NCBI GenBank assembly: GCA_024679065.1
Contig: JAGIQG010000016.1
Coordinates: 50,468,001-50,532,000 of the forward strand
DNA length: 64,000 nucleotides
DNA from: Sphyrna mokarran
Lineage: Eukaryota
Direction of reading: 5' to 3'
Shown here piece after piece: positions 1-11,676 of this stretch. The notes below the pieces were generated by a model that did no database searches, had not been told where the DNA came from, and worked only from the letters and a program-made list of their open reading frames with translations. Numbering within the stretch: the stretch's first letter is position 1; each line of letters begins with the position of its first letter. The position numbers and the translations under genes are program-made.

Positions 1-565
1 TTTAAGCCTGGTATCTGCAATAAAGGAAAATGATGCATGTTTAGTTTCCATTATGACTGCGTACTCACAGAAAAATAACCCAAACCATTATCATTCAATT
101 GTTTATTGCACTTATACTAGTTAATCACCTGTGACACAGCTCGTGGCAAGTCAAATAATATCCATTCAGTAATGATGGGAGTGTCATATCAGATAACCGT
201 GCATTGTATTACCTTTGTTATTGAAATGAACCTGCTTAAAATAGCCTGCCCCTTTAAGGCTTTAAACATCCTGAAAACCTTCACAATGGGTTAGAGAAAT
301 TCGAAGTTGGTGAACAAAGTTTTCAGATTTCAGATGTTTGTAAATTCCTAGCTTCATTTCAGAAGAAACTAGCATTGAAAGACAGTCTTTCTTCATTCAT
401 ACTTCCAGCACTTTGCAGTGTGGTGCCCACAATGTGGCAGATGTTCAGTTCTCAAAATGCACTGCAGTATTGTTCTACGTTAATCTAATTAACAGGTTGA
501 AGGTTCTGTTTCTGAGGATTACCCTGACCTTTTGAAACATTTTTGCAGAGCAAAATGGGCAATTG

Positions 566-916
566 TTTTATTCATTTGTGGGACACAGGTGTCGCTGGTT
601 GGCCAGCATTTATTGCTCATCCCTAACTGCCCAATTGTAGTTGAGAGTCAACCACATTGCTGCGGCTCTGGAGTCACATGTAAGCCAGCCAAGGTAAGTA
701 CATCAGATTTCCTTCCCCAAAGGACATTAGTGAGCCAGATGGGTTTTTCCAACAACAGTTTCTTGGTCATCACTAGACCCTTAATTCCCGATATTTTTTA
801 CTAAACTCAAATTCTACCATCCGCCTTGGCGGGATTCAAACCTGGCTCCCCCAGAACATTAAGTTAGTTTCAAGATTAACAGTCTAGCAATAATAGCATT
901 AGGCCATCGTCTCTCC
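566..916 (-). mobile_element. tRNA-derived SINE, near full length, with a CR1/Jockey-group LINE tail
   Basis: Minus strand has A-box TGGCCTAATGC and B-box GGTTTGAATCC. Its tail gggatgagcaataaatgctggcc is shared with the LINE ends near 3350 and 36725. Second copy at 56688-56930. Confidence 0.8.
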
Positions 917-1349
917 GACTTTCATTGTTACCTTTATAATTCAACACAGAATAATCTTCTTATAGGTGCAAGATATAATTTACAGTGAGTCATTATACTG
1001 GCAGAGCTGGCAGCGCTGCTCATGACTTTTTTTTGGGTTTGCCAAAATGGAATCATGTTTAGCCTGATCTGCCCTTTCAAGGTTAATGCTCACATACTCC
1101 ACAGAAGATGTCTAACTATAAGCAATTCTGGCTAACAGTAGCTGATCGTAAAATATTGGTCCCGTTTCAGGAAAAAAAACAGCAAGAATGGGAACATCTG
1201 GACTGCAACAGGTGCTCAGTAAACTGTTATAAATGCTCCAAGGTGTTGTGGCATTTATCATGGTGATCTGGAAGTTAGTGTATGATGTTATAGCATTGAT
1301 TGAAAATTAATTGCAATATTTCTGTGGATTTTTGTAATTTGTACTGCAC

Positions 1350-1627
1350 CTGCTACTGATTCAGCGCTTTCAATTTCTTCCATATTTTTTGCTTCTTCCT
1401 CCTCCTCCTCTTCCTCTTCTTCTATTTCGTCTTCGACTTCAAGTGCTTCTTCTGATTCATCTGCAACCGACTCCTCCTTTAAGTCCAATTCAACTACCCC
1501 ATCACTATCTCCATTATAACCTTCATCTAAAGCAAGTTTCAATGGATGGGATTTCCTTTTGGTTAGCAGTTGATCAGAATCGATGTCTTGTATTTTTCTT
1601 TTCTTGACCAAAGGGCACCCTTGTGAA
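1350..1627 (-). CDS. myt1: myt1 coding exon (278 nt): end of finger 1, basic KKRK/KRK motifs, acidic region
   Basis: Acceptor ctttttgttataag|T TCA CAA GGG TGC CCT TTG. Encodes KRKSHPLKLALDEGY, which as I recall it is typical of MYT1 rather than MYT1L. The donor GCAG|gtgcag at 1349 (phase 1) is inferred and is the least certain boundary. Confidence 0.9.
1393..1422 (-). repeat. GAA/GAG tract encoding 10 consecutive Glu in myt1
   Basis: Plus strand ttc ttc ctc ctc ctc ctc ttc ctc ttc ttc. Confidence 0.9.
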
Positions 1628-1909
1628 CTTATAACAAAAAGATCATTTCAATTATAAGGCACTTCTTTTAAAAAAAAACACAAAAGTTTGATTATACTTG
1701 CTTTAAATAGATTCTACAGTTATTCCACATTTCTAAATAATGAAGAAACTTGTCAGTAAACTCAGGCTCTGAAATTGCACCTAAATTACATTAACTTGAC
1801 CTAATCTCCGCTCTTATATTATTGCTATTCCGATTTGAACATACCAGTATCTCATGATGCAATTTTAAGGCTTTTGGTCTTTAACTTTGGAAAAATAGAA
1901 AGGGCTTAC

Positions 1910-1972
1910 CTTCTGTGCCGTGCATATTTTCCACTCGCATGACCTGAGCCGTTACATCCTGGAGTAGGGCAG
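1910..1972 (-). CDS. myt1: myt1 coding exon (63 nt), most of CCHHC zinc finger 1: CPTPGCNGSGHASGKYARHR
   Basis: tttttcttgttcag|C TGC CCT ACT CCA GGA TGT ... CAC AGA AG|gtaagc. CPTPGC-x4-H-x7-H is the hallmark of the MYT1 family. Confidence 0.97.
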
Positions 1973-2694
1973 CTGAACAAGAAAAATGATCAATACTTTT
2001 GCAAGTTAGAGAACAATACAATATTGCAATCTTCTTCTTGGGAATGGCAATGCTCCAGCCAATAATTTTAATGAGAAAAGTGAGATAAATATAAATGGGA
2101 TTTCTAACACCTGTGTCTAATCTAGCCTTAAATTACAAAAATGTATGAAAAATAATATTCATTTTTCAACCTTTTTTTTGGTGCTGAGTATTGTTCATTC
2201 TTCAGGCCTTGACGCACAAGAAAAGCCACAAGTTTCAATTCTGCCACTATTTGGTTGTCAGTAGACCTGAAGTTTTGAATGATTACCCAAGATACAACTT
2301 ATTTACATGCCTTACAGTACTTGGAGACATTTTATCTCTAAAAGTGATTTACTTTGCTGCTATATTAGTATCTTTAAAAGCCATTGCTCCAAAGCAAATT
2401 GATTACCTACGAGATTGGAGCTACACTCAACTTTTCTAAAACGAGGTCACTTTCCAGATTATAGTAATAACCTGCCCCTTGCCATGCTAAATTACCACAT
2501 CTATCCAGATCAAAGCTTGAATTTATTTTTTTGGTAAACAACTATGCTAACAAGATAATTTTGTCAGAATTAAAGCATCATGGAATGAAATCTTACAAAA
2601 GTGTTATTGGAGAAACTGGGCTTTTGTTATTTGAGATTTTATCCTTCTCACTTTACAACAGTTTTCTTTATAGGTCGAACAGACTTTTAATTCT

Positions 2695-3400
2695 GAGAGC
2701 AGACAACATTGACAATCTCCCCTTGACATTCAATGGCATTACCATCATTGAATCCCCCACTACTGACATCGACAGTTATCATTTACCAGAAACTGACTAG
2801 GTTAGTCATATAAAAACTGTGACTACTAGGATAGGTCAGAGGCTTGGAATTTTGAGGTGAATAACTCACAGTCTGAAATCCCAGAGCATGTCTAACATCT
2901 ACAAGCACAAGTCAACACACTCCACATGCCTGCATGAGTGTAGCTCTAACAACACTTCAGAAGCTTGACACCATACAAGGAAAAATAAAATCCCATTTGA
3001 TTGGCATCCCCATCCACCACCTTAAAGATTCACTTGCTTTACCACCCTCACATAAAGTAGCAATCAGTACCATTCTACAAGATGCAATGCAGCATCTAAT
3101 CATGGTTTCTTCCTAACCTATGACATCTACTGCCTAGAAGGACAAGGGCAGAAGGTGCAGGGGCACACCACTACGTGCAAATAACCCTCCAAGTCATAAC
3201 CATCTTGACTTGGAACCATATTGTCGTTTCTTCACTGTTGCTGGGTCAAAACTTTGGAATCCCCTTCCTGATAGGATGTACAACACACAATAGACTGCAG
3301 TGATCCAAGAAAGTGATCATCACCACCCTTAAAAGGATAGTTAGGATAGGCAATAAATGTTGGCCTAGAAGTGAATGCCCGTATCCCATGAAAAAATAAA
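2695..3400 (+). mobile_element. 3' fragment of CR1/Jockey-group non-LTR retrotransposon
   Basis: Decayed ORF2 (LPLTFNGITIIESPT) followed by a 3'UTR ending gcaataaatgttggcc...catgaaaaaataaa. Homologous to 35930-36780. Confidence 0.85.
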
Positions 3401-3565
3401 GGACTGGGAACAGGACCATAAGATTTTCATGATTTTCCTGATTTGCTCTGTTTTTGCTTGGCAGGACCAGTGCAAACCTCCCCATGTCTATTCAGAAACA
3501 ATCTTAATGAGACTTAAAAAAAACTAACACACTAAAACCCAACTGAATATTATAATTCATCGTAC

Positions 3566-3596
3566 CTTACATCTTGTCCCACGGGCTCCACAGGTA
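3566..3596 (-). CDS. myt1: myt1 coding micro-exon (31 nt), (I)PVEPVGQDV(S)
   Basis: tttttcatcaaattgcccag|TA CCT GTG GAG CCC GTG GGA CAA GAT GTA AG|gtacga. It bridges phase 1 to phase 2 exactly, and PVEP matches the family sequence. Confidence 0.9.
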
Positions 3597-3995
3597 CTGG
3601 GCAATTTGATGAAAAAGAACAGGTAAAGATCATGATTTGATTTTAAGAGGCGCTTGATATGAAACGTGAGTGCTAATGAACAGTTATACAATATATTGTG
3701 ATATAACAGACATTTACAGTTAATCATGCAATAAAGTTTCAAACATAATACTACAATGGTAACACTGAAATAGATGGATAAATCCATGCAATGGGCTATT
3801 GCATTACAAAGCAAGATGGAAAATGCGGCATCAGTAGATATAGGTTTTACAGGGTCAGTTGTACTAAATTACATTATACCTACACTAGTTAGTGAACCTG
3901 CAGTAATAATGTTTGCAGCAAAATTACTTCAAAATTTCTAGCGGCTACCAATGATTACTGCAACACTACAGAAAGTGAAAGGTAGTTATACTTAC

Positions 3996-4050
3996 TCCTG
4001 ATTCCCTTTGAGCGGGTACGCAGCCTCTTTTCATCTACATCTTGGTTCAT
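3996..4050 (-). CDS. myt1: myt1 first coding exon (55 nt), MNQDVDEKRLRTRSKGIR
   Basis: Minus strand reads tttgttttacag|ATG AAC CAA ... ATC AGG A|gtaagt. The EKRxRTRSK motif is the MYT1/MYT1L/ST18 N-terminus. Phase-1 end joins the next exon in frame. Confidence 0.95.
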
Positions 4051-4399
4051 CTGTAAAACAAAAAAAAAAATTGCAGTTAATGGAGTATGGATGTAATTTG
4101 CCTCAAATACATGCGGCTTATACTGTGCATGATCAGACTGGTTTCCAAAGACATAAAAGAGGAATTACTATAGTATTTATTCTAAATTATTATGGCATAA
4201 ATGCTTAAGATACTCATACCAAAATCCTCTCTCCACTCCTTTACGGAGCTATCAACCGATTTATCCTAATCTATTTATCTGAAAAATAGCAGAAAGAGGA
4301 AGTTGATACAAACAATGGCAACAAGTTGGTGCTAATGTCTAAGACAGCACAAGGAACTTCACAGACTTGTAATCAGGCAAAGAAGAGATTTTCAATGAC

Positions 4400-4690
4400 A
4401 ACACAAAGGAAGATGGTTTGGTTGTTGGAGGTTAATCATCTCAATTCTAGAACGTTACTGTGAGAATTCCTACAGGTAGTGTCCTAGGCGCAACCATCTT
4501 CAGCTGCTTCATGAATAACCTTCCCTCCATCTTGAGATCAGAACTAGGGATGTTTGCCGATGACTGAACAATGTTCAGCACTGTGCGCAACTTCTCAGAT
4601 ACTGAAGCAGCTCTTGTACATATGCAGCAAGAGCTGGACAATATTAAAGCTTGGGCTGATAAATAGCAAGTAACATTCACACTATGCATT
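4400..4690 (+). mobile_element. RT-core fragment of the same LINE family
   Basis: Encodes decayed GSVLGxTIFSCFMNNL...GMFADD. Flanked by L2-like remnants. Confidence 0.85.
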
Positions 4691-4924
4691 AGAAATAGTG
4701 GTTAAACAATACTTGGGCCAAGTGGTAGAATTTAGTGTAATAAAGGAGAAGAAGCTGGAGGAACAGATGAATTTAGGTCAGAAATTCTAGATCTTCAGAT
4801 CTAAACAGTTGTCTCCAAACTATTTTTAGGATAATGTAATTGAAAGTAAGTTTCAAGCTTACTCACTTTACAGAGTAAGTTACTCTTCAAAATAACTGAT
4901 ATTCTTAAGATTGGTTAATTTTTC

Positions 4925-5700
4925 GATATTCGTTCGTGGCGTGTGTGTGTCTTTGGCTAGGTCAGTATTTATTTCCCATCCTTACCTGCCCTTGGGAAAG
5001 AGGTGGTGAATCACATTCTTATTAATGTCGAGGACAGATTCTCTCTTGTTGGAAATGGTTATTGCCTGGCACTTGCGTAGCGTGAATACTACTTGCTATT
5101 TATCAGTCCAAGCTTTAATTGTCCATGTCTTGCTGCAATAGACAAGAACTGCGCATGGTGTTGAACATTGTTCAATCATCAGCGAACATCCATAGTTCTG
5201 ACCTCATGGTGGAGGGAAAATCATTGATGAAGCAGCTGAAGATGGTTGGACCTAGGGTCACTACTCAGAGGAGTTCTCACAATAACGTTCTGGAATTGAG
5301 ATGATTGACCTCCAACAACCAAATCATCTTCCTCTATGTTAGGGCGTGACTCTAACCAGTGGAGAGTTTTTCTCCTGATTCCATTGACTCTAGCTTTGAT
5401 AGAGTTTCTGAATACTTCACTTGGTCAAATCTTTCCTTAATGTCAAGGGCAGTCACTCTCATCTCATCTCTTCAGTTTAACTTTTTTGTCAATGTTTGAA
5501 CCAAGGTTGGAATGAGGTTCAGGAGTTGAGTGGCTCTGGTGGAAACTAAACTGAGTGTCAGTGAACAGGTTATTGCTGAGTGAGTGTCACTTGATAGCAC
5601 TGTCAATGACACCTTATGTTATTTTGATGAAGAGTAGAATGATGGGGCGGTAATTGGCCAAGTTGGATTTGTCCTGCTTTTTGTGGACATGGCATACTAT
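4925..5700 (-). mobile_element. internally deleted copy of the same LINE family
   Basis: Reverse-complement similarity to the 34380-34910 RT region, with the family 3' tail at 4925-5000. Confidence 0.85.
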
Positions 5701-7511
5701 TGCATGTAATGTTATATATTATGTGAAAGACAGAATACTGTATTATCACATCAGCAATACTAGAAAACACAATTAATTTCTATTTTTAGTGATAATTCCC
5801 ATTGGTAACAAGGCTTGACTTACTGCAGTGGAGCAGGTGTGGGATAGGCTGCAATTCTATTTATTAGGCTTTCAATATACAGGACTTCAGCAATTCCGTG
5901 ATCTCAAAGGCTTTTTTCACAATGGATATATTACTTTTCATTATGAAGGCCTAAGTTCAGCTAAATCTCTGTTTAGCATTTTATGCACATACATTCGAAA
6001 TTTGGCAGCAATGCAAATGACATGTACGATGACTTGGCAATTGCTGTTATCAGCAAATAAATTATTAAAGTAAATGCCACATGAAACTCTAGTGTGTAGT
6101 ACGCACGATCTGTTAAGTTTATATGTATATATGGATCTGGCAGAAACAAATAAGATAGGATTCCTTCCCTGAATATTAACAGAAAACAGGCAAAGGAGAT
6201 TTGAGAAGGATTGTTGTTAATAAAGATTTTATATTGAAGCACTCCATAGGTCATAAGTGTTTATACGTGCAGCAGGATTAGTTATATAAGGCCACAGACT
6301 TTCCAGATATAGACACTCTTTGACCTTTTAAATTCTGCTGTTTTGCAGGAAGTGAGCTTCTGCTTTAAAAGCACATCCCACTTAAATTAGCTTACATATC
6401 CAATTCTACTGATGATCCTTCGTTGAGTGGCTGGGGGATAACAGTAAAAGAAAGTATAATGTTGAAATTAACAAATGACTATGGAAAATATTACGTTCAT
6501 TGATGTCAGACATCAGGATCCCAGCTTTTAAACTTTCCCAATTTTCAGTGTGCTGTGGTCCCACATTATGAGCAGGAGGAAAAGCTGCAGATGCAACAAT
6601 TCTAAGATTGCTATTCTGAATAGGATTCTAAAGCACGTACATGCAGCAGTTTGCCGGGAACTAAGGATGTTATATGCAATAAATATACTATACATTTTGA
6701 TAAATCGCGCTACATTTTGATATATTGCACCTGACTGCCTCAGCAGCAGTTAGGGGCCATTGCAGAGCTCTATCTACTACTATTTACAACTTGACTACAG
6801 CAAATGTTTCACTGAGAGAGTGGAAACCTTTTTGTCACCTTGGTGTGTTTGTTATGTAGATTACTGGGTGTTTCACAAGTTCTGAGCTTTTCAGTACTTC
6901 CTTGAGTCCAAGTCTGATTCAGCAGCTCACCTCTAAATTCATTTTCTGTGTGATTTAAAATAAGATTTAAAAAAAATCACAACATAACTGCTCAAAATAC
7001 AATGTACAGTCAACATGAACACATCTTGAAAACTTGCCAAGCTTCGTAAGAGAAACATGCTTAGTGTATGGTGAGTAACATGCAAACTATCTATTTGTCC
7101 ATCATGGCACAGCTGCTACCCCATGAATCCTGCATAATATTAATGAGATCACTCATCTCTTTTTAATTATTTTTCCAGCTCATTGTACAAATGATTGAAA
7201 TAGCATTTTAAATCTATATTAAGCAATAACATTGAATAGTAACTTATTCACATGATTTGACATTTGCGCCACAAAATATATCTCTCTATTGTAATTGAAT
7301 CTTCCAATAAACAAGGCAATTGTAATTCAAAGTAAAAGTGTTGTGGATATGAAAAACTCATAAGTTCTTTCTTTGCTACGTGGAACTCCGTAAAAATCTG
7401 CTTGATTAGTTGCTCTGCTAGTGAGTTTGCAAGTTGTTGCTGCCACAAAGCACATTTGACGTTTTCATTTGGGCAGCTGAATGTTCAACATGTGTGTAAA
7501 TCCAGCCATGG

Positions 7512-8060
7512 TATGGAGATGCTGGCATTGGACTAGGGTAAATACAGTAAGAAGTCTCACAACACCAGGTTAAAGTCCAACAGGTTTATTTGGCAGCAAA
7601 AACCACTAGCTTTCGGAACGCTGCTCCTTTGTCAAGTAAGTGGGAGTTTTGTTCACATATAAAGCATATAAAGACATAAACTCAACTTATAAAATAATAG
7701 TTCAATTGCAAATCTTTACAGGTAATGAAGTATTAAAGATACAGACAATACAAGTGGTGAGAGTGTTAAGTATAGATTAAAGAGATGTGTGTTGTCTCCA
7801 GCCGGACAGTTAGTGTCTCACTAACTGCCATTAAAATCTCATGTAAAATCTCAGTAACTGTCCCATCTGGAAATAATACACATCTCTTTAACCTGTGCTT
7901 AACTCTCTCACCACCCGCATTATCTGTACCTTTAATATTTGATTACCTGTAAAGACTCGCATTCCAACCGCTATTTTGTAAATTGGATTTGTGTCTTTAA
8001 TGTTTTGTTTGTGAACAGAACTCCCACTCACCTGACAAAGGAGGAGTGCTTCAAAAGCTT
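7512..8060. mobile_element. Penelope-like element remnant arranged as an inverted repeat
   Basis: aagtctcacaacaccaggttaaagtccaacaggtttattt...agctttcgga terminus. 7608-7816 is the imperfect reverse complement of 7850-8059. Confidence 0.75.
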
Positions 8061-11000
8061 TAAGCACAGATTTCCACCAACTTCCTATTACAGCAAGGAC
8101 ATATGACATAACACACTGAGCAAGTTTTGTTAGTTGGAGATGTGGACTTTTGGCAGCAGTTGTTTGTCCAGCCTAATCATATATCTGTAGGTGACACTTT
8201 CCACCATTTATCATCTCAAGTCTAAGAGCTTTCTCATAAGGTATATGACAGACAGCAGTATCAGTGTACTGGATAATGTGCAAGGAGCAGTTTGTGACAT
8301 GCCAGTCACCTTTAACTTTCCTGAGTTCTAAGTTCAGGGCTACACACCAAGCATACTCACTTGCGACTGATTTACCTAAGTCTTCCAATGAAACATTTTT
8401 GGCAAAGAGGCAAATGCATTTTGCCTCTTTGCCAAAGACCCTGAGGCTGCTCCTCAGGGGAATTCAATGACAGGGAGGCCTGGATTGTTTCACTTTGGAC
8501 TCAATTCTATGACTCAGCCTGATCTTGGAATTTGCATGCAGTTCAAAGTTAACTCCTATTTCATTTCTATTTCACATCTATTTCTCTTGAAGCACAAGAG
8601 ACGATTATTTGGAAGTGACTGATGCACAGCATGCACAGTTGATTTGGAAGAAAGATAAGAAATTCAAAGTGTTCTTTAATATTTTCAGCTCTTGCTAAAA
8701 GATTTGCCTCTCCAGTTTCTTCATGAGCCAAACTGACAAACTAAGCATCAACAAACTTTTAGATAGATGGAGGGAAGAATTCAGCAAACTTCTTTGTCTA
8801 TCCAGTATTATAAATCACTCCTTGTAGGTGGGAAACTCATTGCAATGTCTCCTGCTTTCAACAAAAATAAAAATATTACTTCTATATTTCTTTGTGAAAT
8901 GCTCCAATATTCTAGTTTTACATTGCTTTTTTCTGCCGATTCTGAAGAATATAAAATGGAAACCATATCGTTGACCTAGACTGTGATATAGCTCAGACAT
9001 CAATAGCTGTATTTCATTGGTTAAAAACCTCTGTAGCTCTAATCAGCTTGTCCATTTATTGCAAATGTAATTGAGTGTGATCAGATATGTCATGTAAATC
9101 GGCAAAAAAAGGTTAAAATTAATGTTCCTTGTCTTACAGTCAACATCTATTCAAATAACAAGTGCTTACAAAGTAACTGATACGGGACTTGAGCTGGCAT
9201 TTTGTTTGAGACAGTCAAATTGAGAGGTCACTTGATAGCAGCATTGCCCTCCTACCTAGGCATTCAGTTCAAATCTCAGTCCAGAGTGACATTCAAATTT
9301 GGCTGAAAATACTGATGCTGCAAAACAAGTTACAGATTTCCAAAATTTAAAAAGTGTGACTCTCTCTAGGGAAACAATGAGAGTTGACAGGTTAACAGTA
9401 ACTGGAAAACTTAATGAGTCACTAAAGTTTTGCTGCATAGCAAAATTAACGTGTCTTTTGGTTCTATTTTAGTAGGATAGTTTGTTTGTGCCCTTCTTTG
9501 TTGACACCCAGGACCATTATTCCATTCAATGAGATTAAATTCTAATTTGATTCTGTGCTATTTAGCTGTCTGGGGATCACAATGCGTGATTCCATAGACT
9601 TAGCATTTAGCTCCATTGAATAATACTGACTGAAAAATGTGTTTTTCTTCCATGAGGTGATACAATTTTCAGAGATTACTTTTATTTTGTTCTTTGCAGT
9701 TTTCCCCCCTTTGGTTCATTTTGTCATGAAGCCCACAGATCAGTGATTGTTGTAACTAGCAAAAATATAAAAATGTTTTTCCCTTTCTTAAATTATTGTA
9801 ATTACCTCAATGATCATTGTTCAACTAATTAAGTGAAATTCTATACACAGAATTTGTTTACTGATATACCTTAAAAATAATTATTGTGCATCTGGGATGT
9901 TCGATATAAAGATTTGACATTTGCCCAAAAGTAATCCAATTTGTTGGAAAAGTAGACATAGATTGTTGTAATTATCATATTAACAGTATGTGATCCACAA
10001 AACCTGGATGGCCACTTTCTCCTCCATTTCATGCACATTCTGTGTTGTGTATATAAATAATTCCACATTCTTTTTCTTTACTTATTTCCCATGTGAACAC
10101 CTCCACCAACTTTTTCTCTTGTTCCTCTCCAGGGTAAACCACTTTTCCAGAAATAATTTCTCACACATTGCATATGGTTAATTTTCTGAATGCAATAGTG
10201 ATCTTGGCTGCAATCCCATCTGCTCTTTTTCCCAGAAAACAAAAAACGAGTAAGACCCAGCTGATGACCACCTTCTGCACAACAATTGTGGGCACGAACA
10301 ACACTTAAACAAGTTGTGCTTTATCCGATTTTATAGCATTTAACTCAAGCTCTTATTTTTAGTGTTAACAGTAAACTCCTCAATATTTGTTTAATGCTAA
10401 TCCTTCCGCTTAATATAACTTGCTCTCCAATTTGAATCAATTCTGTAGTTTTAGTCGCAGTTCAAAGGTAACCAAGGCTTTTGTAAAGTTTGCAGAACAA
10501 GGATTTAGAAAGTATTTTTGATTTGTACCTTGCTGAATACATGTCATTATCTATGTTTAGTCTACGCTACTTTTGAGTTGTATTTTAAGCGCAGTAAGTT
10601 AAAAGTACTGCAATTAATGATCATTTTCAAGTCCTGATCAGTACTGAGGATGATCATGTCCTCACTATAATCTTCCTATTGTACAACATCGTTTTGGCAT
10701 GTATTGATTTATATTTTGGGAAATTAAGGATTTGGTCATCTGCACTAAGCTGAAACCCACTTAGGGAACATTTGCCTCTAATTGACAATCCACTATAACA
10801 CAATGCATTATACCACACTCACAACCAAAGTGCTTACACAATGAAACACACAACTGTTTGCAATATAGCTTTCTTATCCAATGATTAGTCAATGGAGATT
10901 AAAATTTGGTAAAATATACTGTGCAAATACATGTAAATAAATACAATTAATAGTAGTTTATTTCCATCGTGTTATCTATTTTCTTTTATCTTACACAGTC

Positions 11001-11089
11001 ACTGTTTAATACTTTTAGTAACCAATACCTACAAATTCTACCAGCCAAATGGTAGATTTTGTCTATCAATGCAAGAAACCACAAATTTA

Positions 11090-11676
11090 GGGCATTATTT
11101 GATGGAGCTGATAGGCGAGAGGCCCATGTCAGCTCTTTTCAGGAAGGGCTATAAATAACGTGCCAATCAGGCACTTAACTAGACAGTGGTGGCTTCCTTA
11201 GGATCAAGGACCACAGGGGGTAGAACTCCCACCCTCCAAGAGTTGTCAGCTAATCAGAGGCTTTAGCAGCAGTGCTTCTACCAATACTATGCCACCTGAG
11301 ATCTTGGAGTGATGGTGACAGCAATTCCCTTCCTGATGTTGGGTTCTTTGATCAGGCATTACTAACTTTGAGCAAAGGACACCCACCTCCCACCCCCCCT
11401 CGCCCCACTCCAAGAGCCTGCAAGCAATACCATAAGGCTTGTTTATTTGAACTCTCTGAAGGACAAATCCCCTCCTCTGCTGGGTGCATACCAGTGATGG
11501 CAGACTAAGATCCTTAATGGGCCCACTTAAGGGCCTGAATTAGAGGTGGGTTGGAAGACCATTCATGGACCCCATCTGCCACCCTTCCACCTGATAAAAT
11601 ACTACTCCACCACCAAATTCACCATTGGTGGGAGGGAGGGGGGGAAGAGGGGGGAGGAGGGGAAAATAATCTGCCC
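11090..11676. mobile_element. non-autonomous PIF/Harbinger-type element (MITE-like)
   Basis: Termini GGGCATTATTTT and AAAATAATCTGCCC are imperfect TIRs, flanked by TTA and TGA (decayed 3-bp TNA target duplication). Confidence 0.6.

Noticed and set aside
1288-1349. C-terminal part of the 107-aa ORF (GAVQITKIHRNIAINFQSML*)
   Set aside because: Most likely read-through into the intron past the CAG|gtgcag donor; no MYT1 similarity.
1389-1607. Plus-strand Pro/Leu-rich 72-aa ORF
   Set aside because: Antisense shadow of the acidic myt1 exon.
1350-4050. Assignment as myt1l or st18
   Set aside because: KRKSHPLKLALDEGY and the 31-nt micro-exon fit MYT1 better, though phylogeny is needed for certainty.
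8060-8500. Possible RTE-like LINE C-terminal remnant (CxxC-like residues on the minus strand)
   Set aside because: Too decayed to support a family call by eye.
11627-11662. G-quadruplex-like G runs
   Set aside because: Inside a MITE subterminal region with no evidence of function.
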